A stretch of DNA of 62,926 nt, the filler included, from Reclinomonas americana ATCC 50394 (taxonomy: Eukaryota), in NCBI GenBank assembly GCA_048213135.1. It is 4 parts of 3 records of this genome, joined end to end, with 100 filler letters (N's around TTAATTAATTAA, not from the genome) between each part and the next. Parts side by side here need not be neighbours in the genome. Positions count along the whole stretch, not along the records: positions 56,204 to 62,926 come from PS015167.1; 3 more parts are not named here. The stretch is one strand, 5' to 3'. The first letter of the stretch is position 1. Each line of letters starts with the position of its first letter. Under the pieces are notes generated by a model, which saw only the letters and a list, made by a program, of their open reading frames with translations, did not search any database and was not told the origin of the DNA. Positions 58,186 through 62,926 of the stretch are shown here, in pieces. Position numbers and translations under genes: made by a program.

Positions 58186-58242
58186 ATTGCACATTTGTGT
58201 GAATGAGGCGAATTGAAGATATACACTACCATGTTTTGCCAC

Positions 58243-59010
58243 TCACTCTCCACTTGCTGGTCTGCCATGTCCGCGAACTCGATTGTCGGGCAGTGAACGC
58301 AGCGCCACGGGTTCCTCTTTCAGCAGCGGCTGCGGTGCGCGGCGTGCATGTGGAGCGAAAAGGTTCTCTCGCTCCACAACGTCGTCGTTGCCGTAGTCGT
58401 CGTCGTCATCAACGGCCAGCTCGACACGCGGTGCTTGTGGTGCTTGCGGTGGTGAAGGTCGCTGTCGGTGAGGCAGCGCGCGACGCGGTTCATCGCGGCC
58501 GGCGGTGAGGTAGTACGCGGAGGGTGTGCCAGTGGAGCTGAGAGGTGGGAGAAGGGCGGATGAGAAGGAGAAAGGCGAAGAGAGATATGGAGAAGCTGAC
58601 ACGAGAGGGCTGTCAGAGGAACAGAGATGAGACGGATGGCGAGAGGACCGAGAAAGAGAAGTAGAAGAGAAGCAGAAAGCACTGTGTGAGGAGAAAAGGA
58701 GAGAAACGACAGAAACAAACAGTCAACAACCAAAGACGACGCAGCGAAGGACAAGAACAAGAGCGCACAAGGAAAGGAGACAGGGAAACGTGTGTGCGAA
58801 GGAGATTAAGACTTGAGAAACTGCATGCAGCAAGAGAAAACAAAGAGAAGCAGGAGATCCAGGAAGCAAGGCTCACCGACTGGCAATCGCTCGATGCTGC
58901 GCATACTGCTCCCGCACCCGGAAGAACCGATCAATCTCCGCATTCAGCGCGTCCGTCAGCGCATCGCGAGTCTGATAAAACGCAAACGCCGCAGCCTCCA
59001 AAATCCCACT
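58243..59010 (-). CDS. Last two exons of a hypothetical protein, convergent with the coiled-coil gene
   Basis: Exon GILEAAAFAFYQTRDALTDALNAEIDRFFRVREQY, a GTGAGC donor near 58877, a CT-rich intron, and a final exon ending at TGA 58243-58245. Confidence 0.5.
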
Positions 59011-59353
59011 AAAAAAAGGCGACGGATAAGCACGCCTGAAAAGCAACATCACAATCTGCATCTGAGCATGNNNNNNNNNNNNNNNNNNNNNNNNNNNNNN
59101 NNNNNNNNNNNNNNNNNNNNNNNNNNNNNNNNNNNNNNNNNNNNNNNNNNNNNNNNNNNNNNNNNNNNNNNNNNNNNNNNNNNNNNNNNNNNNNNNNNNN
59201 NNNNNNNNNNNNNNNNNNNNNNNNNNNNNNNNNNNNNNNNNNNNNNNNNNNNNNNNNNNNNNNNNNNNNNNNNNNNNNNNNNNNNNNNNNNNNNNNNNNN
59301 NNNNNNNNNNNNNNNNNNNNNNNNNNNNNNNNNNNNNNNNNNNNNNNNNNNNN

Positions 59354-59540
59354 AGAGAGAGAGAAGAAGAAGAAGAAGAAGAGAGTGAAGAGAGAGAAGA
59401 GAGAGAGAGAAGAAGAAGAAGAAGAAGAAGAAGAAGAAGAAGAAGAAGAAGAAGAAGAAACAGGAGGAGGAGGAGAAGAAGAAGAAACAGGAGGAGGAGG
59501 AGAAGAAGAAGACAAAGGAGGAGGAGGAGGAGGAGGAGAA
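59354..59540. repeat. (GA)n/(GAA)n/(GAG)n purine microsatellite tract
   Basis: Directly visible; abuts a gap. Confidence 0.95.
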
Positions 59541-59913
59541 GGCAACGAGTGAAAGCGATGGAGGAAGGAGACAAGAAACGATGCTTGCAATGATGGAGAA
59601 GGGAAAGAAGAAGACGATGATAGAGAAGAGGCACAACAAGAGGAGAGAACTATGGAAGAAGGAGAGAAGCACAACGATCAAAGGCACATCTCTCTCTCTC
59701 TCACCCTAGCTTCACCAATCACAAACAAACCATAGATCGAAACGCTTTGAAGGTTCTATGCCCCTCCGCAAGATCGCCACTCGCAGGCTTCTCACTCATT
59801 CTCACAGAAAGACAACTCAAAAGAATCGACTTCCACAGGACACACACTCTCTGTCTCTCTGCATGCAACGAGCACCACATCGCTCGCCTTCCTCCTCTTC
59901 CTCCTCCTCCGTA

Positions 59914-60972
59914 ATGTGGCCATTGTTCAGTGCAGCTGTTGCTCTTGCAAGTGTGATGAAAGGTGTGCAAGTGCGTGCGTGTGTGTGTGTGTGCGTGTGT
60001 GTGTGTGTGTGTGTGCTCATGAGTATGAGTGAGGGAGCAGTGCTGCAGACGCGAAGGCAACTGCAGGTCAACTCGCCGCCAGCGGATGGCACAAAGATGT
60101 TGCGTGCAAGGAGTGAGTGAGTGAGTGAGTGAGTGAGAGAGAGAGAGAGAGAGTGAAGTTTAAGCATCGCTTCAGGCGTTCATATCCATCGCTTTTCTCA
60201 CTCCAAGTGGGGTTTCGAGGCTGAATGAGTGAGTGAGTGAGTGAGAAAGAGAGAGAGTGAATGAGTGAATGAGTGTGTGAGTGAGACAAGTGATGCAAAG
60301 TGTGATGTTTAGGTGTCGCATTAGGCGTTCATATCCATCGCTATTTCTCTCTCTAAGTAGCAGTGAGTGAGTGACAGTGACAGTGAGANNNNNNNNNNNN
60401 NNNNNNNNTACCTCTTATCTTTCGCCATGCCCTCACCTCCAACATGCGCAGGCTGGATCCACGGTGGTATCTTTTGTGGTATGCAACCCCCGTGCGTCTC
60501 TTTCTCCTTCAATCCTCAGCTCACTCATTCACCCCATTCCGGCAGTGCTCCTCGACACCTGCGGCTGGTTCACGGCGGCATTGCACATTTCACCTGTTGC
60601 GTGAAGATGGAAGCAGCACCCACTCTGTCCCTTAGCCGCCGCCACTCTGATCGCCGCTCTCCATGCACACACACAGGGCAGCGGTCTCGTGACCGGAGAA
60701 ATGAGTACGCACTTTCTGCGCGGTGCCAGCAAGACAACTCTGCGCGCTGTCGGCAAGTTGATTGCGGCCGGGAAGCGGCAGATTGTGTGCGAGATGCACT
60801 TGTACTCGTGCCCACAGGTGACGCTCCCCACTCACCGCTTATTTTGTGATCCACACATGCCTCACTGTGTCACACACAGGGCGCCGACACACCACCAGAG
60901 AAGCGCGAGCTGGTGGCGCACGCCACGGGCACATTTGTCGTGCTCCCTCCACAACCATCCGCCAAACTGTAA
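59914..60972 (+). CDS. PaaI/hot-dog-fold acyl-CoA thioesterase with C-terminal peroxisomal PTS1 (-AKL)
   Basis: Splicing 60451-60478, 60546-60595, 60677-60817 and 60880-60972 gives GWIHGGIFCVLLDTCGWFTAA...LVTGEMSTHFLRGASKTTLRAVGKLIAAGKRQIVCEMHL...LVAHATGTFVVLPPQPSAKL*. Upstream exons (59914-60098) are tentative. Confidence 0.8.
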
Positions 60973-62306
60973 ACAACAAAAACACAGTCTCCCCAGGCTT
61001 CATCGTAATATCACTTACACTTGTTGTTGTTGTTGTTTTGCTAAGCCCCCCATGGCTACTCACTTTTTCTTTTCTGATTCTCCTCTTCACGCACGACTGA
61101 AAAAAAGAAGGGAAGGGAACGGCGTCCGAAAGGAGACAGAGAGAGGTGAAAGACACCGAAAAAATAATAACGCTGGCAATCAGCGAGTTCCTCTTCACGA
61201 GGCACCCACCGGACCGCCCGGTCGACCACGTGCTCGTCGCCCAATGTTGGGCTTGAAGATGCCACCGTTCTCACCCGGCGGTGGTCGTGGTCCGTTGCTG
61301 TCGGCCGACGCAGAACCCGACGAGCCGNNNNNNNNNNNNNNNNNNNNNNNNNNNNNNNNNNNNNNNNNNNNNNNNNNNNNNNNNNNNNNNNNNNNNNNNN
61401 NNNNNNNNNNNNNNNNNNNNNNNNNNNNNNNNNNNNNNNNNNNNNNNNNNNNNNNNNNNNNNNNNNNNNNNNNNNNNNNNNNNNNNNNNNNNNNNNNNNN
61501 NNNNNNNNNNNNNNNNNNNNNNNNNNNNNNNNNNNNNNNNNNNNNNNNNNNNNNNNNNNNNNNNNNNNNNNNNNNNNNNNNNNNNNNNNNNNNNNNNNNN
61601 NNNNNNNNNNNNNNNNNNNNNNNNNNNNNNNNNNNNNNNNNNNNNNNNNNNNNNNNNNNNNNNNNNNNNNNNNNNNNNNNNNNNNNNNNNNNNNNNNNNN
61701 NNNNNNNNNNNNNNNNNNNNNNNNNNNNNNNNNNNNNNNNNNNNNNNNNNNNNNNNNNNNNNNNNNNNNNNNNNNNNNNNNNNNNNNNNNNNNNNNNNNN
61801 NNNNNNNNNNNNNNNNNNNNNNNNNNNNNNNNNNNNNNNNNNNNNNNNNNNNNNNNNNNNNNNNNNNNNNNNNNNNNNNNNNNNNNNNNNNNNNNNNNNN
61901 NNNNNNNNNNNNNNNNNNNNNNNNNNNNNNNNNNNNNNNNNNNNNNNNNNNNNNNNNNNNNNNNNNNNNNNNNNNNNNNNNNNNNNNNNNNNNNNNNNNN
62001 NNNNNNNNNNNNNNNNNNNNNNNNNNNNNNNNNNNNNNNNNNNNNNNNNNNNNNNNNNNNNNNNNNNNNNNNNNNNNNNNNNNNNNNNNNNNNNNNNNNN
62101 NNNNNNNNNNNNNNNNNNNNNNNNNNNNNNNNNNNNNNNNNNNNNNNNNNNNNNNNNNNNNNNNNNNNNNNNNNNNNNNNNNNNNNNNNNNNNNNNNNNN
62201 NNNNNNNNNNNNNNNNNNNNNNNNNNNNNNNNNNNNNNNNNNNNNNNNNNNNNNNNNNNNNNNNNNNNNNNNNNNNNNNNNNNNNNNNNNNNNNNNNNNN
62301 NNNNNN

Positions 62307-62926
62307 TGCCCCGAAGCCGTCTGCCGCCGGCAAGAAGGGAGGCAAGGTGGGCAAGGTGGGCAAGGCTGCCGAGTCACCTCTGGCTGCCGCCGCCGCTGCC
62401 GCCGCTGCGAATGCCGCCGCAGCGTTGGCCGAGTACAGCGATGCCGATGATGGTGAGACACACTCATGCTTACATGTTGCTTTTAGCTATTTGCTGTTGC
62501 TCACCAGCACGACACCATGCCAGGTTTTGAGTCCGACGGCGCCGGCAGTGACGACGATGACGACGACAGCCCGGCGGCTGCCAACAGACATCACAAGTCA
62601 CCGCCTCGCGCCGCTGCTCCGCCACCACCGGCCGCCAGCAAGGCCGCTGCCGCACCGCACCGGCCTCCGCAGGTCGCTGCACCGGCACCACAGCCCGCTG
62701 TGCCGCACCACTCGCCACCCTCCGTGGGTGACTCGTCGGCCTCGCCCGGCTCGCCGGGCATCTCTGAGGTCTCCGCCTCGCCATCGCGCCCCGACCACAC
62801 GTCACCGACGGCGGTGCACCAAGAAAAGAGCATGTCGTCGTCGCTGCTGAATGTGGTGAAGCAGGCGGTCGACGAGTCTGTGGAGGAGGAGACACCAGCC
62901 GATGTCGACGACAGCGGCGGTGCGAA
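62307..62926 (+). CDS. Fragment of an Ala/Pro/acidic low-complexity protein (both ends missing)
   Basis: Frame KKGGKVGKVGKAAESPLAAAA...DADD, a GTGAGA..CAG intron (62453-62523), then FESDGAGSDDDDDD...PPRAAAPPPP, open to the window end. Confidence 0.55.

Noticed and set aside
60469-60545. U12-type intron (GTATCTTT)
   Set aside because: The downstream GTATGC donor at 60479 preserves the HGGxxxxLxD spacing, and GTATCTTT is not the RTATCCTT consensus.

Overview
Draft genome of an intron-rich, GC-rich unicellular eukaryote. It is probably flagellated, because it encodes a PF6/SPAG17 central-pair homologue; I cannot name the species. The window joins four scaffolds with artificial N-TTAATTAATTAA-N linkers (25116, 47418, 56148) and has many N gaps, so the supplied ORF track is mostly misleading. 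I rebuilt the genes by hand across introns that are mostly 60-110 nt. Scaffold 1 holds a secreted FN3/NHL/cadherin-like protein, a decayed non-LTR retrotransposon RT, a NOX/ferric-reductase-like gene, a secreted LamG/SUEL-lectin/EGF mosaic protein and SPAG17/PF6. Scaffold 2 holds a giant ankyrin-TPR protein and a giant Gly/Ser/Thr/Val beta-repeat fibre-like protein. Scaffolds 3-4 hold GT31- and GT92-like glycosyltransferases, a RluA-family pseudouridine synthase, a WD40 fragment, a coiled-coil protein and a peroxisomal PaaI thioesterase. The most striking signal is a second class of 5' splice site. At least 25 introns, on all four scaffolds, begin with a nearly invariant GTTGCGT/GTTGAGT, which is the usual GTGCGT/GTGAGT with one extra T. 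None of these follows an exonic G. Protein family calls come from motifs I recognise, not from database searches.
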